From: Bacteroidota bacterium
GTDB taxonomy: Bacteria; Bacteroidota; Ignavibacteria; UBA10030; UBA6906
Reading direction: 5' to 3'
Assembly (NCBI GenBank): GCA_036397975.1
Contig: DASWHW010000099.1
Coordinates: forward strand, 700 to 64,699
Length of the DNA: 64,000 nt
Positions 48,559 through 57,946 of the stretch are shown here, in pieces. Positions within the stretch are counted from its first letter, which is position 1. Every line of letters starts with the position of its first letter. A program made the position numbers and the translations under genes. Below the pieces are notes generated by a model. The model ran no database searches. It was not told where the DNA came from and was given only the letters and a program-made list of their open reading frames with translations.

Positions 48559-49019
48559 TGGTTCCCCCCGAGGAGCTCCTTGACAATTTCCTGAATAACC
48601 CGGCCGTCAGCCTTCCCTTTAAGCTCTTTCATGACCACTGGCATCACTTTGCCAAAGTCTTTTTGCCCCTCCGCCCCAGCAGACGCAATCACTCCGCGGA
48701 CGTGCGCCTTCACATCGTCACCTGACATTTGCTCTGGGAGATACTCCTGGATGATCTGAAGCTCAGATCGCTCCTGCTGGGCAAGATCCTCCCTCCCTCC
48801 TTTCTCAAACTGCTCTATTGACTCCCTCCGTTTTTTTGCAGCAGTGGAGACAGCAGCCAATTCATCCTCGGGTTTCAGTCCTTTGAAATCCGGTCCGCGC
48901 TTTTCAATTTCTTTCTCCATCAGAACCGCACGCAGTGAACGAAGTGTTTCAAGCCGAAGTTTGTCCCCGCTCTTCATGGCGAGTTTCAGGTCACTACTGA
49001 TTTTGTCTTTGAGAGTCAT
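48555..49019 (-). CDS. yqeY: GatB/YqeY domain protein
   Basis: YqeY-like sequence from MTLKDKISSDLKLAMKSGDK...VKELLGG. The start is placed at the internal Met; the ORF track extends to 49082. Confidence 0.6.
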   Translation of the reverse strand: MTLKDKISSDLKLAMKSGDKLRLETLRSLRAVLMEKEIEKRGPDFKGLKPEDELAAVSTAAKKRRESIEQFEKGGREDLAQQERSELQIIQEYLPEQMSGDDVKAHVRGVIASAGAEGQKDFGKVMPVVMKELKGKADGRVIQEIVKELLGGNQ

Positions 49020-49242
49020 TCTCTTATCGTATGTCCAATCATAGGCTTTGTGCCAATCGCAGAACCTCAAAAGAGCGGGCACATGGTGACGTGGAATTGT
49101 TTCAGGGGAGAGGTTGGTCAGTAGACTGTCGTGCTATCCACTAAAAAATTACCCTTTTTTCGCCAAAAAGTCAATATCTGCAAGACCCAGTCTCCTCTCT
49201 GGGAGGACGGGCGCACGATGACGAGCTTTGGAATGTCTTATA

Positions 49243-49941
49243 TCAACCAACGGTAATGATCTGTCCGTTGACCGACCTAGAATCATCGGAGCAGAGAAAA
49301 CTAATCCAGTTGGCAATCTCTGCAGGAGAAACCCATTGACGCTGGTCTGCCTTCGGCATCGCGCTTCGATTGGCCTCTGTCGCAATTGTCCCAGGAGCTA
49401 TGACGTTTGCGGTGATGCGAGTCCCCTTTACCTCCTCCGCAATGGTTCTCGTCAGTGTCATTACGGACGCTTTTGACATTGCATAGGCACCTGCATTTCC
49501 CATAGGTGAAAGTCCTGCCTTTGCCCCTATGGTAACAATTCTACCAAAATTATTTCTTTTCATGACTGGCAAAACCGCGCGGCATACGTGGAGAGTGCTT
49601 AGAACATTTGACATATACATTTCCTCCCACATACTTATTTCCGTATCCTCAATCGTTTTTCCCCCCTTGAACGATCCAGCAAGACATACTGCCGCATGGA
49701 TATTTCCCCATCGCGTGATACCAACGTTTACAAGCTCTTCCACATCAGATTGTTTTGTAAGCTCCGTTTTCTGAAAAAGGACCTTGTCACTCGCGGAAGA
49801 AACCAGTTCGGATAGCATACTCATGGATTTATCGGATCTATACGGGATCAACAGGATCGATCCATCCTCCGCTATCTTTTTTGCAACAGCACTTCCGAGC
49901 GCACCTGTCGCTCCGGTCACCAGAAAAACTCTATTGTCCAT
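49243..49941 (-). CDS. SDR-family short-chain dehydrogenase/reductase
   Basis: Motifs TGATGALGSAVAKK, NAG and YAMSKAS. Confidence 0.8.
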   Translation of the reverse strand: MDNRVFLVTGATGALGSAVAKKIAEDGSILLIPYRSDKSMSMLSELVSSASDKVLFQKTELTKQSDVEELVNVGITRWGNIHAAVCLAGSFKGGKTIEDTEISMWEEMYMSNVLSTLHVCRAVLPVMKRNNFGRIVTIGAKAGLSPMGNAGAYAMSKASVMTLTRTIAEEVKGTRITANVIAPGTIATEANRSAMPKADQRQWVSPAEIANWISFLCSDDSRSVNGQIITVG

Positions 49942-50074
49942 TCACGCCTCCACAAGTTTCATACTTCTGAATATATCCTACACACGTACGAATGTCAATG
50001 GATATTGCTTTTCGGGCTTCAGGTAGCTACATTCAATCCACTCCAAAATCACAAAAACACAGGCTCTGGCAATA

Positions 50075-51112
50075 ATGCACAAGCAACTGTTCTTTTTACT
50101 TATCCTCTCCTCTGTTTCAATCGGCATGGCTCAAAAGAACGATCTGGTCGTGGATGGAGAGAGTCACTTTGCAGCAATTCGACAACTGACCTTTGGCGGC
50201 CAGAATGCCGAGGGGTATTTTTCCTTTGATGAACGAAGCCTCATCTTTCAATCTACCCGTGACTCGTTCGAGTGCGACCAGGAGTACATCATCGATCTCG
50301 CATCGGGCAATTCCCAACTCGTGAGCACCGGAATCGGACGAACGACGTGTGGCTATTTTCTGCCGGAAGATAAAAAGATCCTATATGCATCCACCCATCA
50401 CCTACTCGCCTCTTGTCCCCCTCCTCCTGATTATTCAAAGGGTTACGTGTGGGCTGTTTACCCGGAATTCGATATTTTCCTCAGCGACCGCGATGGCAGC
50501 AATCTTACACAACTTACGACGACCCCTGGATACGACGCCGAAGCAACCGTATCACCGTTGGGCGACAAGATGGTCTTCACCTCAACCCGCAACGGGGACC
50601 TCGACTTGTTTGCGATGAATTTGGACGGTTCTCATATTCAACAATTGACGAACGAGGTTGGATATGACGGCGGTGCTTTCTACTCGTGGGATGGCTCAAA
50701 GATTATCTATCGGGCAGGGCACTATACTGACAGCTCGGAGGCAAAAAGGTACATGGAATTGCTGGCGACTAATCTTGTTCGACCGACTCGCCTGGAACTA
50801 TTTGTCATGAATGCAGACGGAAGTGGAAAACAGCAGGTGACTAGCAATGGCGCCGCTAATTTTGCTCCCTTTTTCCACCCGGACAACAAGAGAGTCATCT
50901 TTGCTTCAAATCTCGCGGATCCGAAAGGAAGAGATTTTGACTTGTATCTTATCAATATTGATGGAACCGGTCTTGAGCGGATAACATTTAATGATTCTTT
51001 TGACGGGTTTCCGATGTTTACCCACGACGGTAAGAAGTTAGTGTTTGCCTCCAATAGAAAAGGGAAGATTCGGGGGGAGACGAACCTCTTTCTCGCCGAT
51101 TGGAAGGAATGA
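50075..51112 (+). CDS. TolB-like WD40/PD40 beta-propeller repeat protein (periplasmic)
   Basis: Signal peptide, then repeated PD40-like units (TTPGYDAEATVSPLGDKMVFTSTRNGDLDLF, GAANFAPFFHPDNKRVIFAS). Confidence 0.6.
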   Translation: MHKQLFFLLILSSVSIGMAQKNDLVVDGESHFAAIRQLTFGGQNAEGYFSFDERSLIFQSTRDSFECDQEYIIDLASGNSQLVSTGIGRTTCGYFLPEDKKILYASTHHLLASCPPPPDYSKGYVWAVYPEFDIFLSDRDGSNLTQLTTTPGYDAEATVSPLGDKMVFTSTRNGDLDLFAMNLDGSHIQQLTNEVGYDGGAFYSWDGSKIIYRAGHYTDSSEAKRYMELLATNLVRPTRLELFVMNADGSGKQQVTSNGAANFAPFFHPDNKRVIFASNLADPKGRDFDLYLINIDGTGLERITFNDSFDGFPMFTHDGKKLVFASNRKGKIRGETNLFLADWKE

Positions 51113-51135
51113 AGAAGTCACACTGGAGCAAAATC

Positions 51136-52950
51136 ATGGAACGTCGATTATTTACTCTCGCTATTGCGCCTATTGTTGCCCTTGTTTCCGCACAGGGCCA
51201 GAAATCTTCTGAAGAAATAACTTCGTTCGAAATAAAACAGCACGTCCAATTTCTTGCATCTGACTCACTCGATGGAAGGCTAACTGGTACGGAAGGAAAC
51301 CGTCGTGCCGCACAGTACATCGCGAACCAATTCGAAAGATTCGGACTCCCTCCTGTTCCCGGGCAAAGCTACTTGCAGGAATTCGAGTTCGTTCAACAGG
51401 TGAGGCTTGGACAACAGAATTCTTTCGTTCTTGCAACTGGGACCGGCCCTGAAGAGGCATCGGTAGACAAGGACTTTCGCCCCCTCGGCTTTTCCACAAA
51501 TTCGTCCGTCGAGGGTAATCTCGTTTTCGCTGGCTATGGAATTTCAGCTCCCGAGAAGGGTTATGATGACTACGAAAACGCCGATGTCAGCGGAAAGATA
51601 GTAATCGTCCTAAGGTACTCCCCCGATGGCACGAATCCACACGGCGAGCTTCAGGAGTTCAGCTCTCTCAGGAATAAGGCCAGATATGCTCGCGACAAGG
51701 GGGCATCTGCCGTCATTTTGGTGAATGGTGAACTTGATGACCCGGATGACGACCTTATTCCGCTCCGTTACGATCATTCCATGGCTGCTTCGGGCTTACC
51801 GATCATTCAGGCAAAGCGCAAGATAGTGGAGCGTATCCTGGAAGCAGTTGGTCAAGATCTTCGGAGCATACAGGATACCATTAATGGAACAAGGAGGCCC
51901 TTCTCATTCCCGATAGCTAAAAACGTAAAAGTCTCTCTGACAACAGACCTTGAGCAAATAAGAGGAAAAAGTGCGAACGTCGCTGGTTTCCTTGAAGGAG
52001 GAAAGGCACAGAACGATGATGTGCTCGTAATAGGTGCACACTTTGATCACCTCGGACATGGCGGCGAAGGTTCTGGCTCACTAAGCCCTGACGAGGACGC
52101 TGTACACAATGGCGCGGATGATAATGCATCGGGAACTGCTGGATTACTTGAACTCGCACAATTCTTTGTAGGACAACGAGATCATCTAAAACGATCCATC
52201 TTGTTTCTAGCATTTTCCGGCGAGGAACTGGGTCTCCTCGGTTCATCGTACTATGTTCAGCATCCTCTCCTCCATCTTGAAAATACGATCGCAATGATAA
52301 ACATGGATATGATAGGACGACTGCAGGAGTCCAGGAAACTGACCGTCTATGGGACAGGCACTTCCTCGAGCTGGGAAAACATACTCACGAAGGAAAACCG
52401 TACCTCGGAGCATGACAGCCTCTTTGCGCTTTCGTTTATTGCAGACGGATTCGGTCCCAGCGACCATTCTTCCTTCTATGGAAAAAATATTCCGGTCCTT
52501 TTCTTCTTTACGGGAACACACAACGATTACCATAAGCCATCCGATGATTGGGGCTTACTTAATTACGGTGGAGAGGAAAATGTCCTACGGTACGTTCAAA
52601 AGGTGGCTGAGAATATCCTCCAAACGGACGAGCGTCCTGATTATGTCAATGTCCCTTCTTCTTCCAGCCGGGGAGATGCTCGCGGATTCAAGGTAACACT
52701 AGGCATTATTCCTGATTACGGTGAAACACCAAATGGGATGAAGGTAGGAGGTGTACGTGCGGAAGGGCCCGCAGCCAAAGCAGGAATGCTGGGTGGGGAT
52801 ATCATCGTAAAGATGGGTGGAAAGAACGTCTTGAACATTTATGACTACATGGCAATCCTTGGGGAGTTGAAAGCAGGAGATATCGTTGAGGTCGAGGTTT
52901 TGCGAAACGGCAACCGGATAGAGCTTTCAGCAACTATGCAAAAGCGCTGA
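51136..52950 (+). CDS. M28-family metallopeptidase with PA and C-terminal PDZ domains
   Basis: Signal peptide. M28 zinc-ligand motifs (GAHFDHLGHG, NGADDNASG, FSGEELGLLGS), a PA-like insert and a C-terminal PDZ (GMKVGGVRAEGPAAKAGMLGGDIIVKMGG). The start is placed at the ATG at 51136 to avoid overlap. Confidence 0.75.
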   Translation: MERRLFTLAIAPIVALVSAQGQKSSEEITSFEIKQHVQFLASDSLDGRLTGTEGNRRAAQYIANQFERFGLPPVPGQSYLQEFEFVQQVRLGQQNSFVLATGTGPEEASVDKDFRPLGFSTNSSVEGNLVFAGYGISAPEKGYDDYENADVSGKIVIVLRYSPDGTNPHGELQEFSSLRNKARYARDKGASAVILVNGELDDPDDDLIPLRYDHSMAASGLPIIQAKRKIVERILEAVGQDLRSIQDTINGTRRPFSFPIAKNVKVSLTTDLEQIRGKSANVAGFLEGGKAQNDDVLVIGAHFDHLGHGGEGSGSLSPDEDAVHNGADDNASGTAGLLELAQFFVGQRDHLKRSILFLAFSGEELGLLGSSYYVQHPLLHLENTIAMINMDMIGRLQESRKLTVYGTGTSSSWENILTKENRTSEHDSLFALSFIADGFGPSDHSSFYGKNIPVLFFFTGTHNDYHKPSDDWGLLNYGGEENVLRYVQKVAENILQTDERPDYVNVPSSSSRGDARGFKVTLGIIPDYGETPNGMKVGGVRAEGPAAKAGMLGGDIIVKMGGKNVLNIYDYMAILGELKAGDIVEVEVLRNGNRIELSATMQKR

Positions 52951-52965
52951 CGATCTTCACGCTTG

Positions 52966-53469
52966 TCACTCTTTCTCCCCCGAAATTGCTTCTTTTTGTT
53001 CTTCGGATAGGGGTGAACCTCCCTCCATCAGGACCCCTGAGGCTTCAAAAAGAACCATCAGTTTGTCCTTACTGAAGTCCTTCGGATTAGTATCGGCAGA
53101 CTTTGAATCTTCAGCCCAGTGTTTCAGGGTGTTCTTATCAACTATTTTCTTGTAGATCTTTCCCTGGATCTTTACTTGTTTTCTTGGAGAATCATACGGA
53201 ACAAAAAATGCGTAGTCTTTGAAGTTCACTCTGATCTCATACGCCCCATCGGTGACATACATCCAGCAGCCCTTCATTTCACAAACTGATGAAACAGTCG
53301 CTTCGATGGTGACAATTTGCTCATCGTAGGTATCCGGATGAGATAAGGCATCGTTTATTGACACGACCTTGCCTTTCGAGAATTCTGACCCATAGAGGCG
53401 ATGCTTGTCATCCTTCATCGATGGTTGACTTAGTAAGAGACTACCCATTATGATCAAAGATACTAACAT
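52966..53469 (-). CDS. DUF4920 domain protein (secreted or lipoprotein)
   Basis: 167 aa with an N-terminal hydrophobic signal and the CEMKGCWM motif typical of DUF4920. Confidence 0.5.
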   Translation of the reverse strand: MLVSLIIMGSLLLSQPSMKDDKHRLYGSEFSKGKVVSINDALSHPDTYDEQIVTIEATVSSVCEMKGCWMYVTDGAYEIRVNFKDYAFFVPYDSPRKQVKIQGKIYKKIVDKNTLKHWAEDSKSADTNPKDFSKDKLMVLFEASGVLMEGGSPLSEEQKEAISGEKE

Positions 53470-53493
53470 GGCTCCTCCTTAAGTTTATTCTCT

Positions 53494-53694
53494 TTATGAA
53501 TTTTTCCTTTTGCTGATCCGAGATTTTACCGTCTTAATATACTCCTGCACCAAGCGAGTTCTGGCATCTTCGCTTCTGGCTGCCATTAGTTCTCTCATGT
53601 GCTCATTCATAAACTCCGCGATCGAATCACGTCCGTCCTTCGGCAACGATTCGTTAAAGCTCCTGAACAAATCAAATGCGCTCATAGTACTCAC
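53494..53694 (-). CDS. Hypothetical small helical protein
   Basis: A 66-aa ORF packed tightly between neighbouring genes. It has no recognisable motif. Confidence 0.35.
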   Translation of the reverse strand: MSTMSAFDLFRSFNESLPKDGRDSIAEFMNEHMRELMAARSEDARTRLVQEYIKTVKSRISKRKNS

Positions 53695-53714
53695 TGATTA
53701 CAGTTGGTCTATCC

Positions 53715-54083
53715 TCACTTCTTCAATCCAGGGCGCTTGCCCCCAAGGCATTCGTTGCATTCGCAAAGAGATCGAATGTGCTCCCATGAATAAATGCCGA
53801 GGTCATGACCATCTCCCCAGACAATTTTCAACGCATAATTGCCAACAGACGAAGCCGATTTAAGCTCATATCGCCCCGGGGTTTTTTTGTCTTGCTCCGG
53901 TGGACTGTACGATTCGAACAGGATAGATTCTCCGGAACAGCCCGCGCATGGACACCTGTCTCGCAGCGTTGCTAGTGAGACCAACCCTTGATGACCGTCG
54001 GTCCATCGGATTTCTATTAATTCCGCTGAGGTCTGTTTGAAGCTCCTGACTGCAGGCACAGTTGGCCGGGGATTACTATTCAT
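53715..54083 (-). CDS. DUF971 domain protein (Cys-rich zinc-binding-like)
   Basis: 122 aa with the motifs CPCAGCSGE and CECNEC. Confidence 0.55.
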   Translation of the reverse strand: MNSNPRPTVPAVRSFKQTSAELIEIRWTDGHQGLVSLATLRDRCPCAGCSGESILFESYSPPEQDKKTPGRYELKSASSVGNYALKIVWGDGHDLGIYSWEHIRSLCECNECLGGKRPGLKK

Positions 54084-54143
54084 ATTAAATCATTCAAAGA
54101 GATGGAACAATACGAAATGAGTCAGAGACTTAACCATTATTAC

Positions 54144-55286
54144 CTAAATAACATATTTACTAGCTTTCATGGCCAGCTCATGTTTCCCATTTTGGTAGTG
54201 AAACGTAATCTGGTCGACTTTTACACTTGGTTGCGCTGAAGGGACGTAGACTCTGTCTATGTGCACAACCTTTTTTCTATCTTTGAACGAACCTGGGGTT
54301 GTGATTCCGCCAAAATGATCGCTACGCCCGAAAGCAATGTGTGGACCAAGCTTTTCATCCAAAAGGATGCTCCCAACCGCTTCTATCCCCCACTCACCTA
54401 GAACGCCGATTCCGACCTCGGCAATGTTGCCGTATGCTGGTTCGTCTTGAATCAACTTCTTTTCAGAAGACGAATGTCTTCCGGTCGAGAGGATCTCTGT
54501 TGCGCGGTTTTTCTCAACCCGATACAATACGATTTCATCTTCAAACTGTACTGGTAGTGTGCCTTTCGTCTTGCTCTCCTCTTCAGGTTTCTCTCCTTCG
54601 TAAGGAACGATGTACGCCTCCCCCGACGGGAGGTTGCCTACCATTCCCGGCTCCCGCATCAGACCACCACTTGCGTGCCCGGTTCGAAATCGAAGATCGA
54701 AGTACATAGAGAAATTCCCCCGCGGGGTCTCAAAGTCCATTGATACCGCTTCTGCACGATCCATTCTGCCCTTGAACTCCCTTACCCGGGCATCAACCAT
54801 TTCATAGTCGAGACTAAGTGCCGGAATCATTTCACGAGAGAATCCCGGCATGGACGCACCTTTGAAGGAGAGTCCCCTTGCCATAATCTTTAGAGGCGCG
54901 GTAGCCGAAAATTGCGTAAGAGCAAGAACGACAGTTGAATCTGATATGATCTGCAACAAATCTGATTGATTACCCCGGGATAAATTGCTCTCAGATACGT
55001 CTCCTTCGGTGACCGTAACCGACATGGGAAGGTCATTGTTATTCGAGCCAACGTTGTCATACCAACCCAGGATAACTCTCTCGAAGAGCTTGTCCGCGGT
55101 GTCTTTTCGAAGAAGGTCATACCATTCTCTTGCGATTGCTCTTCGGTCCCTCCAGGGATCAGAATCATCTACGCCTCCACCCGGAATGTCAAAAAGAATA
55201 GTGAGTTGTTTTTCCTGGTGGTGAAGTGCAAAAACGGTTGTTAGGAGGGTTCGAAGAGAAGCGGCAGTTATCTGGGTGTTTGTCAT
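54144..55286 (-). CDS. Hypothetical protein, possibly an M29 (aminopeptidase T/PepS)-like metallopeptidase
   Basis: 380 aa with GNLPSGEAY and GIGVLGEWGIE...HIAFG segments that resemble M29 family signatures as I recall them. Not verified. Confidence 0.4.
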   Translation of the reverse strand: MTNTQITAASLRTLLTTVFALHHQEKQLTILFDIPGGGVDDSDPWRDRRAIAREWYDLLRKDTADKLFERVILGWYDNVGSNNNDLPMSVTVTEGDVSESNLSRGNQSDLLQIISDSTVVLALTQFSATAPLKIMARGLSFKGASMPGFSREMIPALSLDYEMVDARVREFKGRMDRAEAVSMDFETPRGNFSMYFDLRFRTGHASGGLMREPGMVGNLPSGEAYIVPYEGEKPEEESKTKGTLPVQFEDEIVLYRVEKNRATEILSTGRHSSSEKKLIQDEPAYGNIAEVGIGVLGEWGIEAVGSILLDEKLGPHIAFGRSDHFGGITTPGSFKDRKKVVHIDRVYVPSAQPSVKVDQITFHYQNGKHELAMKASKYVI

Positions 55287-55289
55287 TTC

Positions 55290-55775
55290 CTACAACATTC
55301 GTCGCGCTACTTCGCGCAGTGCATCCTTCGTCAGGAATTTTTGTACGAGGGGAAAAAGAATGTGATTTTCCTTATGGATGTGGTTTACAAAACGCTGGAT
55401 GATGACCCTTGAAGTATCCTGCAACTCCCGATCGGCATCGCGGTCACCCCGATTTTTGCCAACCTTAATGACGACGCTTCGGAGCTTCCGAAACTCCTTT
55501 TTCATTTCTTTATGTTCTTGACGCATGAGCTTCGTAGGACCTTCAACATAACGTTCAAGCACAGGAAACAGTGCATCCTCCTCGCTCTTGTTATGCACGC
55601 TCACCTCTTCCTCGATAAACTCAAGTGCAGAGAGAACATCGTCAAACGCCTCTTCTGTAAACCCCCTCTCGGCAATTGACTGCGAAGCCTTTCGTAATGA
55701 ACTTAGCTTCAGGAGAGCCTCATCATGCTCCTGCATCAATTGTGCTATGGGATCAATCCGCTTTTTTAAAGCCAT
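55290..55775 (-). CDS. Hemerythrin-like HHE cation-binding domain protein
   Basis: 161 aa with repeated H..E/H motifs (LMQEHDE, MRQEHKE, HIHKENHILFP). Confidence 0.55.
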   Translation of the reverse strand: MALKKRIDPIAQLMQEHDEALLKLSSLRKASQSIAERGFTEEAFDDVLSALEFIEEEVSVHNKSEEDALFPVLERYVEGPTKLMRQEHKEMKKEFRKLRSVVIKVGKNRGDRDADRELQDTSRVIIQRFVNHIHKENHILFPLVQKFLTKDALREVARRML

Positions 55776-55805
55776 GCTTCTATGTTAATGAACACGATCG
55801 AGCGT

Positions 55806-56099
55806 TTATGCCTCTACCAGCGTACTATACTTTTTTGACCCTTCGTCGATGTACTCCTCCATCTGATTCACCATTGCTTCGGTTGCCTCATCCTGGTCAT
55901 CAAGCGCATCGAATTCCTCCATACTATTGGTCAGAAAGACTTCGGTAAACTGGTTCTGTTTGTTCTTTGCTTCAAACACCGAATAGGATGGGGACACAGC
56001 GTTTGCCAAGTGCGCTTTCATCTTTCCTATTAACTCAAGATATTCTTCGCGCCTTCCCGGTTTGACGCTGTAAGAAATCGTGAACATTACTTTCGGCAT
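55806..56099 (-). CDS. ABM-like (dimeric alpha/beta barrel) small protein
   Basis: About 97 aa if started at MPKVMFTISYSVKPGRREEY. The ORF track over-extends. Confidence 0.4.
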   Translation of the reverse strand: MPKVMFTISYSVKPGRREEYLELIGKMKAHLANAVSPSYSVFEAKNKQNQFTEVFLTNSMEEFDALDDQDEATEAMVNQMEEYIDEGSKKYSTLVEA

Positions 56100-56136
56100 A
56101 CAAGTACCTTTCAGTGTGTGATGGCGTTTTTCTAAA

Positions 56137-56505
56137 TCAGTATCCAGCATTCCTAATCTCTAATTCCGAAAGACCGAAGTAGTGCCCGATCTCATGGATC
56201 AGTGTATCCTTGATCTGTTCTCTAATTCCATTGGGAGTTTTCCCGACTTTTATGATGTTGTGCCGGAACAAGGTGATCGTGTCCGGGACAACCGGGTACA
56301 TTCCATACGCAGTGCCACGGTGAGGGCGAGGAATGCCTTCGTATAACCCAAGAAGCATCGATGTATTGTTCATTCCCATTTTCCCAATTGTCCGCGCTGA
56401 AGGCTCATCCTCCACAATAACGCGGACGTTGTCTAATTCGGAATACTGGCCTGGTAATGCGTCCACTTCCTCTTGAACGATTCGCTCGAACTCTTCCTTG
56501 GTCAT
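56137..56505 (-). CDS. Minimal zinc metallopeptidase-family protein (HExxH)
   Basis: 122 aa with LIHEIGHYFGLSE. Confidence 0.65.
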   Translation of the reverse strand: MTKEEFERIVQEEVDALPGQYSELDNVRVIVEDEPSARTIGKMGMNNTSMLLGLYEGIPRPHRGTAYGMYPVVPDTITLFRHNIIKVGKTPNGIREQIKDTLIHEIGHYFGLSELEIRNAGY

Positions 56506-56513
56506 TCATTTCC

Positions 56514-57194
56514 CTAGAGACTTTTTATCGCAACAAGAGAACCAGCAATACCGGCAAACATTATCAGGGAGTACGAAACTCCTCGACGAATAGGGATCTC
56601 CTTGATCACCGATATTGCAAGGCCCAATAGGAGAATAGCCCAGAATCCAGTCAGGGCTGAAATTGTTCGTAATGTATAATATGGAACCGGATCCAGAACA
56701 CTCGGCGGTGGATTAGAACCAAAGAAAAAAAGACCGAAGACTGCAATCTCAACGGGAAAAATGAACACAAGCGAAAATACCATCGGAACACCTGCATAGG
56801 CCACTACAGCATATGTGTCCTTCCAAGTTGATTTCGGCTTTATTTGCCGCAGAAAGAATGCAGTTGCTCCCAAAAGCAGAATTCCTACCAATGGACCCGC
56901 AACCAACCCGCCGGCGAGAAGGCTGAACAGATTCGACGAGCTATTTCCCCACCGCATTAACCAAAAAAACTCATACGTTACCGCTATCCCAAAGAATGCA
57001 CTCAACAAAACCGCATAGTTCTTGTGCTTTGAACTAACAATCCTCAGAAACGCTGTTCTTGGGCTTTCCACCATCAACCAAAGCGTTGCAAAAAGATCGA
57101 GATTCTCTACTTTCGCTCGCAAGAAACTCTTGCAACTCACACATATGGACACGAACGGGCTATTCTCGGAGCCGCATGTGGGGCATTGAACCAT
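56514..57194 (-). CDS. Yip1-family membrane protein with an N-terminal zinc ribbon
   Basis: CPTCGSEN...CVSCKS zinc ribbon followed by five TM helices. Confidence 0.55.
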   Translation of the reverse strand: MVQCPTCGSENSPFVSICVSCKSFLRAKVENLDLFATLWLMVESPRTAFLRIVSSKHKNYAVLLSAFFGIAVTYEFFWLMRWGNSSSNLFSLLAGGLVAGPLVGILLLGATAFFLRQIKPKSTWKDTYAVVAYAGVPMVFSLVFIFPVEIAVFGLFFFGSNPPPSVLDPVPYYTLRTISALTGFWAILLLGLAISVIKEIPIRRGVSYSLIMFAGIAGSLVAIKSL

Positions 57195-57299
57195 GTCTCA
57201 ACTTCTTTAGAATATCATCCAAAGCAATGTATATCAATTCATTAGGAGTATACCACTTTTTAATAATTACTGCAATGTGATTCTTTCAATGCTGTGCCC

Positions 57300-57328
57300 T
57301 TGAATATGGCGATCAAACGTTTTAAGAT
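57300..57328 (+). promoter_or_regulatory. Candidate sigma70-like promoter (TTGAAT-17-TAAGAT) upstream of the 57359 ORF
   Basis: Hexamers read directly from the sequence. FCB-group organisms often use a different consensus, so this is weak. Confidence 0.25.
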
Positions 57329-57358
57329 GTACGTTGTGTTCACTGAACGATAAAAAAC

Positions 57359-57943
57359 ATGAGACTATTCAAAAAACATCGAAGCCCTGAAGAAGTGGGA
57401 GCGATTTTGTATGAATCGCTTCGGAAGGGGATGGAGGGGAGCGAAAGTCTCTCACTGGACAAGTTTGTCGATGCGTTACTCGGGCCCGACCCTGAGCTTG
57501 ACCCGCAATATGCCGGAGAAGTGATGATCGCTCTGATGTTCGGTGGAGATATGGCGATCCGGCGGTCCGCTCCACCACGGGTTGCAGAAAAAATCTACAG
57601 TGGGATGAAGACCGAGTTCATTCAACATATTCAGGAACAGGGGGCATCATCTATTCAGCAAGCTGAGTGGGAGACAATTGTGGCAACCCGCTTCCTTGAG
57701 TACCGAACAGCCATTGAGGGATATTCAGGCTTTGAGCCTCCATGGAAACTTGGGCGACAGATGTTCTGGAATATTTCCAGCGTCGCCGAGCACAACGCAA
57801 TGGCGGTGAAAATTGCGACTCTCTATATACTTGAAGCTCGTGACCTCTGCCAGGATCTACTGAACGAATACGGCCCATCGATCATCATCCGCAAAGAGGA
57901 TCGGGATCCAAGGCACAAGCCACCTGAGCCCCCGCTTGAATAG
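57359..57943 (+). CDS. Hypothetical protein
   Basis: 194-aa ORF that fills the gap between divergent genes. It has no recognisable motif. Confidence 0.4.
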   Translation: MRLFKKHRSPEEVGAILYESLRKGMEGSESLSLDKFVDALLGPDPELDPQYAGEVMIALMFGGDMAIRRSAPPRVAEKIYSGMKTEFIQHIQEQGASSIQQAEWETIVATRFLEYRTAIEGYSGFEPPWKLGRQMFWNISSVAEHNAMAVKIATLYILEARDLCQDLLNEYGPSIIIRKEDRDPRHKPPEPPLE

Positions 57944-57946
57944 GGA

